Assembly: GCF_028641065.1 (NCBI RefSeq)
Contig: NC_073407.1
Coordinates: 2,728,001 to 2,792,000 of the forward strand
DNA from: Leucoraja erinacea
Lineage: Eukaryota
Reading direction: 5' to 3'
DNA length: 64,000 bases
The position numbers and the translations under genes were made by a program. Of the stretch, positions 13,846 through 26,744 are shown one piece after another (positions within the stretch are counted from its first letter, which is position 1; each line of letters opens with the position of its first letter). The notes beneath the pieces are model-generated. The model was not told the DNA's origin and ran no database searches. It saw only the letters and a program-made list of their open reading frames with translations.

Positions 13846-14497
13846 CTAACTCTAACATTGCCAGCTGGGTTTACTGTGCTTAAAAATAACATAGCTGACT
13901 TAAACTTGCAGTGGCTGCTCTCTGCAAGTTTAAGTTGAAAACTAATCTCATTTCTACTGATGAGATAATTTTCATCCACCGTGATGATTCTGTTTTAAAA
14001 TAAGTAAGGTTCTTGAATGGGAAATGGGTTCCAAAAAAAGAAGCACAGGTTCTTGATAAACTGGTTTGCAAAATGTGCCATTTTCCTCCATAATGCTTGA
14101 AGACAAAGCATATTTCAATATCTATTGTTGGAAATAGATTATACATGACCGATATCAAAGAATATAAACACTGAAACCGGAGTAAATATTTGGAAACATT
14201 GTAAGCAGTCTTGAAATAAAGTACTCCAAGAGACACATACACGTTTTGTTGGAACACCGTGACAAGCTGTCGGTTTACAGAGCATATTTTTATCTTTCCA
14301 CCAATTAGTCTTGTCGGGTTAAAGCTTTGAATTTTTTCTTCTATGTCAACAGAATATTTTTTTTTTTAATCTAAAAGTATTAAAATTTACTAATCACTCC
14401 TCCATTTCCTTAAGATCAGCACTTAATTTTCTAATCTGAGTACAGAGAGATCAGTTTTCCTGATGTCATCCTGATCCCAAGACTTGATCCCAGGATA

Positions 14498-17186
14498 CAG
14501 TGATCTCCATAATGTTTGGTACAAAGACCCATCATTAATTTATTTGCCTCTGTGCTCCACAATTTGAGATTTGTAATAGAAAAAAATCACATGTGGTTAA
14601 AGTGCACATTGTCAGATTTTAATAAAGGGCATTTTGGTTTCACCATGTAGAAATTACAGCTGTGTTTATACATAGTCCCCCTATTTCAAGGCACCATAAT
14701 GTTTGGTACACAGCAATGTCATGTAAATGAAAGTAGTCATGATTAGTATTTTGTTGCATATCCTTTGCATGCAATGACTGCTTGAAGTCTGCGATTCATG
14801 GACATCACCAGTTGCTGGGTGTCTTCTCTAGTGATGCTCTGCCAGGCCTATATTGCAGCCATCTTTAGCTTATGCTTGTTTTGGGGGCTAGTCCCCTTCA
14901 GTTTTCTCTTCAGCATATAAAAGGCATGCTCAATTTGGTTCAGGTCGGGTGATTGACTTGGCCACTCAAGAATTGACCATTTTTTATCTTTGAAAAACTC
15001 CTTTGTTGCTTTAGCAGTATGTTTGGGATCATTGTCTTGCTGTAGAATGAACTGCCAGTCAATGAGTTTTGAGGCATTTGGTTGAACTTGAGCAGATAGG
15101 ATGTGTCTATACACTTCGGAATTCATTATGCTACTACCATCAGCAGTTGTATCATCAATGACGATAAGTGAGCCAATACCTTCAGCAGCCATACATGCCC
15201 AGGCCATAACACTCCAACCACCGTGTTTCACAGATGAGGTGGTATGCTTTGGATCTTGTGCAGTTCCTTCTCTTCTCCATACTTTGCTCTTCCCATCACT
15301 CTGATATAAGTTAATCTTCATCTCATCTGTCCACAAAGACATTTTCCAGAGGTTACACAAAAAAGCTGGAGAAACTCAGCGGGTGCAGCAGCATCTATGG
15401 AGCGAAGGAAATAGGCGACGTTTCGGGCCGAAACCCTTCTTCAGACTGATCGGGGGCGGGGGTGGGTGGGGACAAGAAAGGGAAAAGGAGGAGGAGCCCG
15501 AAGGCTGGGGGATGGGAGGAGACAGCAGGGGGGCTGAGGAAGGGGAGGAGACAGCAAGGACTAACAAAATTGGGAGAATTCGATGTTCATGCCCCCGGGG
15601 TCAGGCTCCCCAAACGGAATATGAGGTGCTGTTCCTCCAATTTCCAGTGCTGCTCGCTGTGGCCATGGAGGAGACCCAGGACAGAGAGGTCGGAGACGGA
15701 GTGGGATGGGGAGTTGAAGTGCTGAGCCACCGGGAGGTCAAGCTTGGTTATTGCGGACCGTGCGGTCAGGTGTTCTGCGAAACGATCGCCCAACCTCCGC
15801 TTGGTCTCACCGATATAGATCTGCTGACATCTAGAGCAGCGGACGCAATAGATGAGGTTGGAAGAGATGCAGGTAAACCTCTGTCGCTCCTGGAACGATT
15901 GCTTGGGTCCTTGAACGGAGTCGAGGGGGGGAGGCAAAGGGTACAAGTGTTTTACATCTCTTGCGGTTGCAAGGGAAACTCCCCCTCCCACTCCGTCTCC
16001 GACCTCTCTGTCCTGGGTCTCCTCCATGGCCACAGCGAGCAGCAGCGGAAATTGGAGGAACAGCACCTCATATTCCGTTTGGGGAGTCTGCACCCCGGGG
16101 GCATGAACATCGAATTCTCCCAATTTTGTTAGTCTTCTTGCTGTCTCCTCCCCTTCCTCAGCCCCCCCTGCTGTCTCCTCCTAATCCCCCAGCCTTTTGG
16201 GCTTCTCCTCCTTTTGCCTTTCTTGTCCCCCTTTCCACTCCCCCCGCCCCCGATCAGTCTGAAGAAGGGTTTCGGCCCGAAACGTTGCCTATTTCCTTCG
16301 CTCCATAGATGCTGCTGCACCCGCTGAGTTTCTCCAGCTTTTTTGTGTAACCTTCGATTCTCCAGCATCTGCAGTTCCCTCTTAAAGACTTTTTCCAGAA
16401 CTGTGGTTGCTCTTTTAAGTACTTCTTGGCAAACTATAGCCTTACCATCCTAATTTTGCAGCTAACCAGTGGTTTGCATCTTGCAGTGTAGCCTCTGTAT
16501 TTCTGTTCATGAAGTCTTCTGCGGACAGTGGTCATTGACAAATCCACACCTGACTCCTGAAGAGTGTTTCTGATCTGTCAGACAGGTGTTAGGGATTTTT
16601 CTTTATTATAGAGAGAATTCTTCTGTCATCAGCTGTGGAGGTCTTCCTTGCCCTGCCAGTCCCTTCGCGATTAGTAAACTCACCAGTGCTCTCTTTCTTT
16701 TAAATAATGTCCCAAAGAGTTGATTTTGGCAAGCCTAAGGTTTGGCTAATGTCTCTAACAGTTTTATTTTGTTTCTCAGTCTCATAATGGCTTTGTTCAC
16801 TTTCATTGACACAACTTTGGTCCTCATGTTGATAAACAGCAATGAAAGTTTCCAAATGGTGATGGAAAGACTGGAGGAAAGACTAGCTGCTGAGAGCTCT
16901 CATACCAGCATTAAGGAAGCAATTAAACACACCTGACCAATTACAAACACCCATGAAGCCATGTGTCCCAAACATTATGGTGCCCTGAAATGGGGGAACT
17001 ATGTATAAACACAGCTGTAATTTCTACATGGTGAAACCAAAATGTGTAAAAATACCCTTTAATAAAATCTGACAATGTGCACTTTAACCACATGTGATTT
17101 TTTTCTATTCCAAATCTCAAATTGTGGAGTACAGAGGCAAATAAATAAATGATGGGTGTTTGTCCCAAACATTATGGAGGGCACTG
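14498..17186 (-). mobile_element. Tc1-family (IR/DR type) DNA transposon, transposase pseudogene, interrupted by a Penelope insertion
   Basis: About 210-bp TIRs with internal direct repeat ccataatgtttgg(g/t)aca, TA flanks at 14496-97 and 17187-88. ORF 14848-15360 has WTDE..K, QQDNDPKH and SPDLNQIE (DD34E). Confidence 0.95.
15351..16383. mobile_element. Penelope-like element 3' end in inverted (palindromic) arrangement, with 16-bp TSD
   Basis: Minus ORF with NLIYCVRCSRCQQIYIGETKRRLGDRFAEH (GIY-YIG). Arms 15351-~15720 and ~15977-16351 are reverse complements. TSD aaagac(a/t)ttttccaga at 15335-15350 and 16384-16399. Confidence 0.93.
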
Positions 17187-18019
17187 TATGTGCAGTACTT
17201 CTCTTGATGTGACTGGACACACCTGCATGGAGAAAAAATCCATGTTAGAGTAACATTTTAGTATACCGATGTGAAGTTCTTTTCAGGTTTGCTTGACAGA
17301 TGACATGCAATTTATTGGTGTTTTGACAAGCTGTCTTTAATAAAAAATAAACTTAAACAATGGATCTCTACATCTGTCAGGGAAAGAGCAGTGAACAAAA
17401 CAATTTGTATTGTAAGCCAAAGCTGTATAATTGGTTGTCCATCACAATCTAAGTGATAATGCTGTAATATATTGTGAAGTTTGTTTCTGAAGCTCATGTA
17501 AATATGCATTCTAAGGTAGACAAAAATGCTGGAGAAACTCAGTGGGTGAGGCAGCGAAGGAATAGATTCAGATTCAGAATAGGCGACTTTTGGGTCGAGA
17601 CCCTTCTTCAGACTGCTGGATAAGCATTCTATTCTGTTATCACAAGCTCATGTTTTGTGGAGCATTCGAACCGTGGCAGCATTATGGTAACATTGCAAGT
17701 GTAATTGTAAGATATTTTACACAATAACACATTTTATTCTTGTTTCTAATTGAATGGGAAAATGAAGGAGGGATTTGTACTGCAGTGAGTGATGGAACAC
17801 GAGGCATCATAACTCTGCCTCCAGTAGTGTGTTTATAAGAGTGGTTAATTGTACAGCAATGGAACAATACATTAATAATCAGTAAAATTAGGTAACCAGA
17901 CCACAATAATGCAGCCAAAGTACATAGTTCAACAAAAAAACACCCATATGCTCTCTACTGCATACCCCTGGAAGTCAGATAATGTTTGGTGACAAATCTA
18001 ATCTTCATCTTCTCTAGAA

Positions 18020-18465
18020 CTAGAGGAATTGATGAAGTGACTTCGTAATTGTGTTTGTGCTGGGCCCAGGACAGATCTGCAGAGATCTGCACACCCAGGA
18101 ACTTGAGGACAGGACTCTCAGCACTGCCATTCTGTCAATGAGGACAGGTTCATGGATCCTTGCTTTCTCTCTCCTAAAGTCAACAATCAGCTCTTTGGTT
18201 TGCAAATGTGAGAGATTATTGTTCTGACATCATTAAAACAGGTTATCAATCTCCTTTCCATACTCTGATTTACCATTGTCCATTATTCGTCCAACAATAG
18301 TGGTATTGTCAATTAATTTATAGATGGAGGAGTGGCATGTGGCCAGACAGCCATTAGTATAGAGAGAGTACAGCTGGGGAATGATGCTGCTGTGTTGAAG
18401 GTCATCGAGGAGGAAGTGTTGCAAATTTGTACTAATTGTGCCTTGCCGACGAGGAAGTCGTGTAT
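18020..18465 (-). mobile_element. Rex1/Babar-clade LINE RT fragment
   Basis: LYSLYTNGC..IYKLIDNTTIVGRI and TKELIVDFRR motifs. Confidence 0.75.
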
Positions 18466-19009
18466 CTAATTAAAATTATTTGCAAATATTGGATAAATTA
18501 TTACAAATTTGTAAATGAACATAGTATATTGCTGGCATTAAAGACTTAAAACCTTCACCAGAGCCAGTCGGTAAATCTGATGTCTGAGAAGTTACAGATA
18601 GCAATACTTAATTTGCTGAACAGCAGAAGAAAAAATGATTGACTATAACTCTCGAGATTTCCTGATACCTCTGTGTGACTTAGCATATCAAGAATCTCTA
18701 GAAATATTCTTTTGTGCAATCAGTGGTACAACAGAGGGTTGAGTAATACTGTGTGTACACTCAGAAGTAAGTCTGATGAATGTTTGATTTATTGTGAATC
18801 TTTGAATTAACCATGCTTTGTGAAAGTGACAAGTATTTAAGCTTTTATCAGATGAGATTAGTTTGTCATATACACAAAGCTGCGATGAAATTTCTTGTTC
18901 GCATTAAGCTCGTTAACAGTATGTTAGATACTATAATACAGCAAAGTGGTGCAGAGACTGTGAAGTAAAACAGAAATAAAGTGCATACTAGAAAAACCGA
19001 ATTGTGATT

Positions 19010-20140
19010 GAACATGGAACATAGTTGAGGAACAGGCGTTTCAGCCCACAATGTCTGTGCCAAACATGATGTCAAGGTGAACTGATCTGCCTGCACATGA
19101 TCCATAACCGTCCAATCCCCGCATCTTCGTGTACCTATATAAAAGTATCTTTCAATGGCACGATTGTATCTGCCACCACCCATGACAGCTCCTTCCAGGC
19201 ATCCACCACCCTATGTATAAAAGCAAACTTGCTTTGCACATCTCCTTTAAGCTTTGACCTCTTGCCTTCAAGCTATGACGTCTAGAATTTGATATTTCTA
19301 CCCTGGTGGGGGGGAGGTTTTGACTGTTTACCCTATCTATGCCTCTCATCATTTTATTTACTGCTATTGGGTCTTCTGAAGTTCCAGGAATAACTGTTCA
19401 AGTCTGACCAGCCTTTCCTTATAGCAAATATCTTCTAATCCAGGCATTATTCTAGCAAACCTCTTATCCATCCTTTTCACCGTCCGTAGCCGTGCTGTGA
19501 TGGGGTGACCATAACTTTACTAATACTTAAAATGCCCCCCAACCAATGTGCTCATGATGCATCATGGTTTCCTGACACCTATACTCAATGCCCCGACCTA
19601 TGAAAGCAAGCATACCATATTCCTTCTTACCATTCCATCTACTTTCCTTGCCACTTTCAGGGAATTACACACTTGAATCTTAAGATCTCTCTGCACATCA
19701 GTGTTGTTAAGAGTCTTGTCATTAACTGTACATTTTTCCCTTGGATAAGAGCTCCCAAAGTTCAACATTTTACACTTGCTTAGATTAAACTCCATCTGCC
19801 ATTTTACCACCCGTATCTACGGCTGATTTTTATATCTTTTATATAATTTGACAGTCTTCCTCACAGCCCAATTCCATCAATCTTGATGTCATCCCCAAAC
19901 TAACAAACCAACCCATCTACATTTGCATCCGAGTATATATATCACAGTGTTCCCAATACAGATCCCTGCGGAACGCCACTGATCACAGACTTCCAGCCTG
20001 AATAGTGTCCCTCCACCACAATCCTCTGTCTTCTATCAGTAAGCCTGTTTTGATTCCATACAACCAAGTCGCTTTGAATCCCGTGCATCTAAATCTTCTG
20101 GATCAGCCTACTGCAGGGGACTTTACTAAAATCCATGTAT
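19010..20140 (-). mobile_element. CR1 LINE 3' portion (degenerate)
   Basis: WQMEFNLSKCKMLNFG..QRDL and MMRGIDRVNSQNL; reverse 3' tail at 19010-19100. Confidence 0.82.
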
Positions 20141-20991
20141 CTCCACCTTCATCGTTCAATTTTCATGCTTGATACACATATAATGAAAAAGTGATATATG
20201 GGTGTATGTTGCTATTACCTTTTCCTAGGTTTTTAAATCATTAAAAAAAGATTTTTATGTAAATAACTAAATAATTTTAAATGTTACATCTCATTGGTGA
20301 TGAATTATTCATTATTAATTATGAAAACTGTTTTGTGATAACATTATCATCACTCAACGTGGAATAAATATGTTAACAAGTAACTCAAAAGAAGTCAACA
20401 AAGCAAGATTAAGAGAATTTAATTTCAGTACATAGTATTTTGTATCGCATTAAATACTGGTGAACAGTTTGAGGTGAAAGATTAACTGGAACTGCAGTGT
20501 TTGTGCCCAATGGCATTACATTATCTAAAACGTATGTTGGTTATAAAGTAACAAGGAAAGTTTTGGTACAATGGAGAATGCTGCAAGGTATTTAAGTTGT
20601 AAAGTACTTGCGTGTCAATGAACACAGTTTGTTTTATTAGCCCAAAAATTGTCATCATTCTGGAATTCACCGTTTCCCTCACCCTTTCAAACAGCTCTTG
20701 TCAGGGAGGTTGCATTTTTTAAATTGCTTTAATTACAATGTGGAATACCAGGTCAGGAAACATAATCTGCACATTTATACAACTGAACTGGCTGTAATTT
20801 TTCAATAGACTGCACATTTGACAGCAAAAAGAGCTGAAATAATTGCAGCATAAATCTTGAGGTAGCCTGTTTCACTAAATTCTGTCTATACCAGATGTCT
20901 TTAGGAAACAAATTACTTTTCTTCATGGGTGTTCCATGAGATTTCTTGACACTTGTAGCTGCTACATGATCTATTTCAGTTTTTATGTTGG

Positions 20992-21110
20992 AGGTACAAT
21001 AGCGCAGCAGTAGAGCTGTCTCACAGCGCCAGAGACTCTGGTTCAATCCTGACCTTGGGTGCTGTCTGTATGGAGTTTGCACGTTCCCTGTGACTGTGGA
21101 TTTCCTCTGA
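20992..21110 (+). mobile_element. tRNA-derived V-SINE/HE1-like SINE, 3'-truncated
   Basis: A-box-like tagcgcagcagtagag, B-box ggttcaatcc, V-domain start tgtatggagtttgcacgttc. Confidence 0.8.
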
Positions 21111-21719
21111 CAAAAACTGGGAAAATTAGAAGAGGAGCATGTTTTAAAGTGCAGAAAGGAGCGGAGAAGTAAATAAAGTCCACCATCGATTTTCCGGCAA
21201 CAGGTGCACCTCCTATAACCTGGACAAAATTACGACGGTGCACTTGAAATCCCTCTCGGAAGTCCCCCCTGAAAATGTGGCATCTATGCTGGGTGCGGTG
21301 GCCAGTCTCTACCTCATTGGAACTACCGCGCCGATTGGCGGGTTGAATCTGTCTCCTGCTTTTGGGGCTCTGGACCTCCAGCCAGACCAGAGCTGGCAGA
21401 TCTGTCCCCATAGCTGACTTTGCGGGCCGGTATCTCAGCCCCCCCCCCCCAAGGTCGTGATCACAATTGATCTACCAAAACGGATAATATGGCAAGGCTC
21501 TGGAACCAAGAGTGCCTGTAAAAGTATTTCTGTAAAGATGAAAATTGTCAAGGTAAATAAAATTCTGACCGACCATGCACGATGAAAAAGAAAAGAAGCA
21601 GTTGAAACAGAAATATTCAGCACCATCTCTCGAGTGAGGGGGTTAAAAACTAGTTGCCTGAAATTGTTGAATTCAATATTGAGTTCCTTAACTGTGGCTT
21701 CCAGTCTAAGGTGACAGGA

Positions 21720-22355
21720 TTGCGAACAATGTTTCCTGTTTTGACGTCTGCTTTTCAGCCACTTTTTATCCCCGCCAAAACAACGTTTAGGTTACATTTG
21801 TCCTCATTTGCTACCTCACCAGTCCCCACATTAAGTGGAACGTCCTCTATGACTTCTCCTGTCAGTCACGCCTTCCCATGCACTCCCTTTACAGAATTCT
21901 GAAGGAACTTGCATGACTTCCTGGTTCATTTTTCTCTCTGTACAAATCATTTCTCTTCTGAGCACTTTTATATGCAAATACAGAAGATGCAATATGTGTC
22001 CTTTTACCTCTTCCCTTCCTGACATCCAGTGATCTAAACAGTCCATCCAGGATGTAGTTGGCATCATCAGGACTATGGCAAGAAGTAGACAAAATGGATT
22101 GAAGGCACCATTGGTAGAGAGACTGGGGGAACTGTAATTAGGAGACTGTTAATTGTGTCTGGGTTTGTAGTCGGTTGTGTCCACTGAAATGGAGAATGGA
22201 AGAGTCGGAAATTAACCACATGGAGGTAAAAGTAAGGTAAAAATTGTCAGCAAATGTGTTGAAATGTTCTGATTCAAGGCATGAGATGCAGAAGTCACAG
22301 ATTCTACTCATCAATTTACTGAGCCTGACCCGCTGAGTTACTCCAGCACTCTGTG
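21720..22355. mobile_element. Old Penelope-like fragment with internal inversion
   Basis: Plus strand CKYRRCNMCPFTSSLPDIQ resembles the linker in ORF 37490-38020; minus strand FADNFYLTFTSMWLISDSS resembles the RT thumb. Confidence 0.6.
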
Positions 22356-24593
22356 AAACATCACAGAACAGGGCAAGATTAGCAAGTTTGCTGATGATAC
22401 AGATGTGAGTGGTTTTGCATATAGTGAAGATGGTTGTGAAACATTGCAGCAGGATCTGGATCAATTAGCCAGGTGGGCAGAGGAATGGTTGATGGTTGAA
22501 TGGCTCCTTGAAGGTCGTGTTGCAGGTATATCAGGTGGTCAAAACATATTTTGGCACTTTGGCCTTCATCAGTCAGATCTGAGTGAAAAGACTCTAGTTG
22601 GACTGAGTCGTTCACCACATTCACAGAGGGATGAGCATTGCTTAAACATAATTATATCACATGAACCAACAGCATCTGTCATATTTTGTTATTTCTTCTT
22701 TAGGGTTGAGGCTTTGGAGCCTGGGAGAGGGGTGGAGGTAGAGGGGATGTTTGCCAATAAATCTGATCCTTCGAAGCCAACATTAGTTGGTCTTTCATTA
22801 CTCAGAGAAAGGCTTAAATGAATAATAGATTTGCAATATCAATTTGGTATTTAGCAGCAACTGCTCGCTGCACTATAAATGTGCACTCACAACGTCCTCC
22901 CCAATTGCTGAATGTTGAATTGATTTATTTAATGCGTTAAGATGTATATAATACTGACAATGCAATTGATTCATTGAAGCACCCTGAATAAAATCTGTTC
23001 ATCTCCTGGTGGAGGTTAAGAGGAGGTGTTTGAATCAATATAGCACTCTAAAGTGACATGTCATTAACTTTGAGGAGGGATTAAGTGTTCATCTTCATTT
23101 GTATCACCAGAACTTTTTAAGTTGCTTATGAGCCTAGAAATGTTAGAGGATCCATGGTTAATTACTTCACTGTTACAGTTAATTTAGCAGAAATGTTAAC
23201 CCAATATTTAAAACCTACGGTTACTTTGTTTGTAGCATTTACTTTGAATAAACATAATAAAAGGATGTGAAAATAATAATTTTTCCTGTACATGCTTGAG
23301 TTAGGACTTCCCTACTTATTTCACGTAGGAGCTCTTGCATCCTGTATTATTCCTCACTCTTGCTCCTGATGCAGGTCATTGCACACAGTGAGCCTCTGCT
23401 TGGGCGCTTTCTGGGCCTGCCAGCAAATTGGACTGATTTATGCTTCTCTTAGCTGCTTAGGGAGCTGCATTAGTCTGCCACTTAATGTGCACTTTGTGAA
23501 GAGGAAAATCAGCTTCACCTGCTCACACTTGATATTTTTTGTCACAGATTGACATTGGAAAGCCGTTTAAATCATTCATGAATCTTTTACCTGAGTTTAA
23601 AATTGTTACAACAAATGTCTTAAACAAACATTACACATGAAAGAGAATTGTACACAGTAACTCCTTAGTTAGAGCTGTGGATACATTACTAGAAAATGGA
23701 GCGCTAAAAGACACAAGATGGACCCAAAATGCTGGAGTGACTTAGCAGGTCAGGCAGCATCTCTGGAGAGAAGGAATGGGTGATGTTTTGGGTTGAGACC
23801 CTTCTTCAGACTCACAGGGCCATTAAAACAGCATAAATGGAGATGTGACCCTGATAAGTTGTTTTTTTAACTCGCTTATTACTGACTTTTAAGTCTGTAC
23901 GTTTTCCCACAATGTTTCCTTTGGATGTGTACCCATTCCAGTTTCTTTCACGGCTCCAGTATAAAAAGAGATGTGAAATGATTGGTTTCATTTCTCTAGC
24001 TCACTCCTGGCTTGACACCCAACCGAAACCTTCAGTAAACGGTAGCCCATCAAAACATTGTTCATGTCCAGAACTCGTGCTTGTTCTTCGCTGACTGAGA
24101 CTAGCTGTCAATCACATCCCCCACCACCCTGTGCCCTCATTCTGCCAGTTGGGATTTGGCATCAAATTCTTTGTTGGAGTCTTGCTGTTCCCGTGCGGTG
24201 GTCTGAGCCCACGATTCCACTCTTACTGGCCTGATCGGCCGAGCGTGGATCCCACTTGTTCTTATCCTGTCCTCTCTCTTGTCTTCTTAAGATATGTCTG
24301 AGCCTGGCTTCATTCCTCCCCTGCCTACCTCCGACTGGAGTTTTAATTCCCCCATGCAGAGGTATCGCCTTAGATTCCATGCACACAGTTGGTTAGATAG
24401 CAAATCACTTTATACCTCTGCACTCTGTAATTTCTTTTTGTTTGGAAAAAAATAAGGCTCCAAAATGAAAGAGGGCCATAGTGAAGCAGCACCATACAGG
24501 TAGCACAAAGCGAGGTATGCCTGTATTCTAGTACCGTTTTATCGCATTGTTTAATAGGTTTTGAATAATTTAACAGCGATTTCATTTAAAGTA

Positions 24594-26084
24594 CAGGTGC
24601 ACAGCCTTTTATCCGAAAGCCTAGGGACCAGACACTTTTCGTAATTCGGAATTTTTCGGCTTTCGGAATGGAAGATTTTTAGCGTAGATTTTAACGGCTG
24701 GCTCAGTGGTAGAGTGCTCGGCTCATATCCGCAAGGTCGCGAGTTTGCGCCTCGATCCCGGCAGTTACTCGATCATGAGTTTGAGTCTTCAATGTAGTTT
24801 TTTCTTGCAGAATAGGAGAGAATAGGGAGGGTTAGGCTGGGATCATTCTCTGCGAGATGATCTTAGTGCGGGAGACAAGTGTAGGAGAGGTGTACTGACT
24901 GTGTGGGCAGAACTTTGTAAGTGATTGCCCACCATTCTCAAAAGCCGCTGTGTCTCCCTATCTCTGGGATAGCAGGGGGCGATCAAACAGCACAATACCC
25001 CACTCCCCCATCAACTCCAGAGGAACCCGCTCCCCGATGGGTCACTACGGTGACAAGTGGCAGTTCGCCCACAGCCCGAGCTGCGCCCCCTCATCCGCCA
25101 CCCCAAGAACAAGACGTACCTTGCACACCATCAGCTTCTGCCCCTACGGGGAGCGTGTTCCTCTGGAGTTGGAGCGGGGCTGGGCTGGAGTTGCTGATCT
25201 GGGATCTCCGTGCTTGCAGTGGGCCTGGGGGTCGATGTCCCGATGAGGAGGCGCAGCCTGGGCTGTGGACGAACTGCCACTTGTCGCCGTAGCGGCCCAT
25301 CGGGGAGCGGCTTCTGGTGGTCCTGACGTCCCCGGCCACCCCCCCCTGTACAGGAGCTGAGACTGGGAACTGTACCGCCCTTGCAGGTGAGCAGGAGAGT
25401 GGGGTTGTTTGCAGTTGCAGAGGGAGGGGACAAGGGCGGGGCACTGACCTGTGGGGGGTGGCCGGCATCGCCCAACAGGACGTCCCCGATGACAAGTTCG
25501 CCCACAGCCCCTGCGCCCCCTCATCCGCAACCCGGGTACAATGGGCGGGGGAGTTGCTGCGGGCTGTGGGGGGATCTCCGTGCTTGCAGGGGCTGGGGGG
25601 GGTGTCACACACATGGCATCGCTGACGTGAAGACAGTGCAAAGCCCCCGCGCCGGTACAATGGGCGGGGAGCTGGGGAGGGGAGGGAAGGGGTCGCACAC
25701 ATGGCCGGGAAGCAGAGGGGTGTAGGTGGGGTGAAACTGAGGGGAGCAACAATCTGCTGCTCCTTGCCCGCTGTTAAAACGTTCCCACGGTAGACTCACG
25801 ATACACTGTGTATCGGGAGTCTACCGTGGGAACTTTTTAACTCAGCGAGCAAGCAGCAGCAGATTGTTAATTATTAACCCTCCCGCGCAATATACCCTCA
25901 CCTTCTCTTTAACGAATGGGGATTTAGTTCCCCTTTCTTCGAGGACCGACCGGAGATTCCGCTGTCACCTCTGCGGGCCGCCCTCGGTGAACGTCTTCAA
26001 GGACCTTTCTTCAAGGACCGAAAAAATGTCCGGTATTCGGAGCTTTTCGTTATTTGGAATTTCGGATAAAAGGTTGTGCACCTG
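24594..26084. mobile_element. Second member of the CAGGTGCACA-TIR Tc1/mariner MITE family, opposite orientation, different interior
   Basis: TIR caggtgcacagccttttatccg / cggataaaaggttgtgcacctg, TA at 24592-93 and 26085-86. Subterminal ~65-97 bp are homologous to 873-1869. Confidence 0.92.
24696..24765 (+). pseudogene. tRNA-Met(CAT)-like segment embedded in the MITE
   Basis: D-arm gctc-agtggta-gagt, anticodon arm cgg-ctCATat-ccg, T-arm cgag-tttgcgc-ctcg; acceptor stem not intact. Confidence 0.5.
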
Positions 26085-26744
26085 TATCTTCATCATTTCC
26101 TTTTACAGTGGCATATTTTATACAACATTTTGAAGTGGTTTGTTGTGCAATGCAAAAATGTTAAAATATGCTTGAAAGAAAACTTATACAACAGTACTTG
26201 TCAATCTGATCTTTGCTGATTCAGTAACCCAGATAATGTAGCATAATTTTCTATATTGTTTGCATCTTTTTGCAAATTTGATCTACCAGCTCAATTGGCT
26301 TCATTGAACAATATCAAAACTCTTTGATCACCACTATCTATTAGTGGCGAGCAAATGATCTTTCACACATCTAAAACATATTTTTTAACATTTTAGTACT
26401 CAAATAAAGTTGGCTTGAAAATTGTGCAGCCAGAATACTAATTATTATCTAAGTCATTTCCAGACTCTTTCTTCAGCTCAGGTAAATTTGAACCAGATTT
26501 TGTGGTAATTTATTTTTATCGGTTTAGCTATTATGTGATTATTATAAATATTTATGACATTTATAAAAAAGTATTGATGTTGGTGATATTTTACCTATTA
26601 ATTCATCAGATTTATAGCAAGAATCTGAAAAAGCTGCTATAATTACATTTCCAGTATCTTTATTTTGGAGAATAAAAATATTGCCACAAACCAGTGTGGT
26701 CATATATCATTTTGCGTGACATTTGCACCAGTCTTCTGTTCAAT

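Noticed and set aside
15383-16132. 249-aa ORF as a novel gene
   Set aside because: It is read-through across the inverted Penelope arms: antisense translation fused to the GIY-YIG C-terminus.
20992-21065. Functional tRNA genes at SINE heads (also 32692, 42840, 44470-44537)
   Set aside because: Each is followed by the V-domain SINE body and has a broken cloverleaf.
21538-21552. 15-nt microexon (aag|...|gtaaat), and AG|GT recursive-splice-like sites near 5984, 17287 and 26481
   Set aside because: Weak polypyrimidine tracts or donors; expected by chance without RNA evidence.
24921-25799. Multiple overlapping 100-200 aa ORFs (also 9029-9925, 33112-33928, 44913-46077)
   Set aside because: Stop-poor GC-rich repeat interiors, open on both strands, with no recognisable domains.
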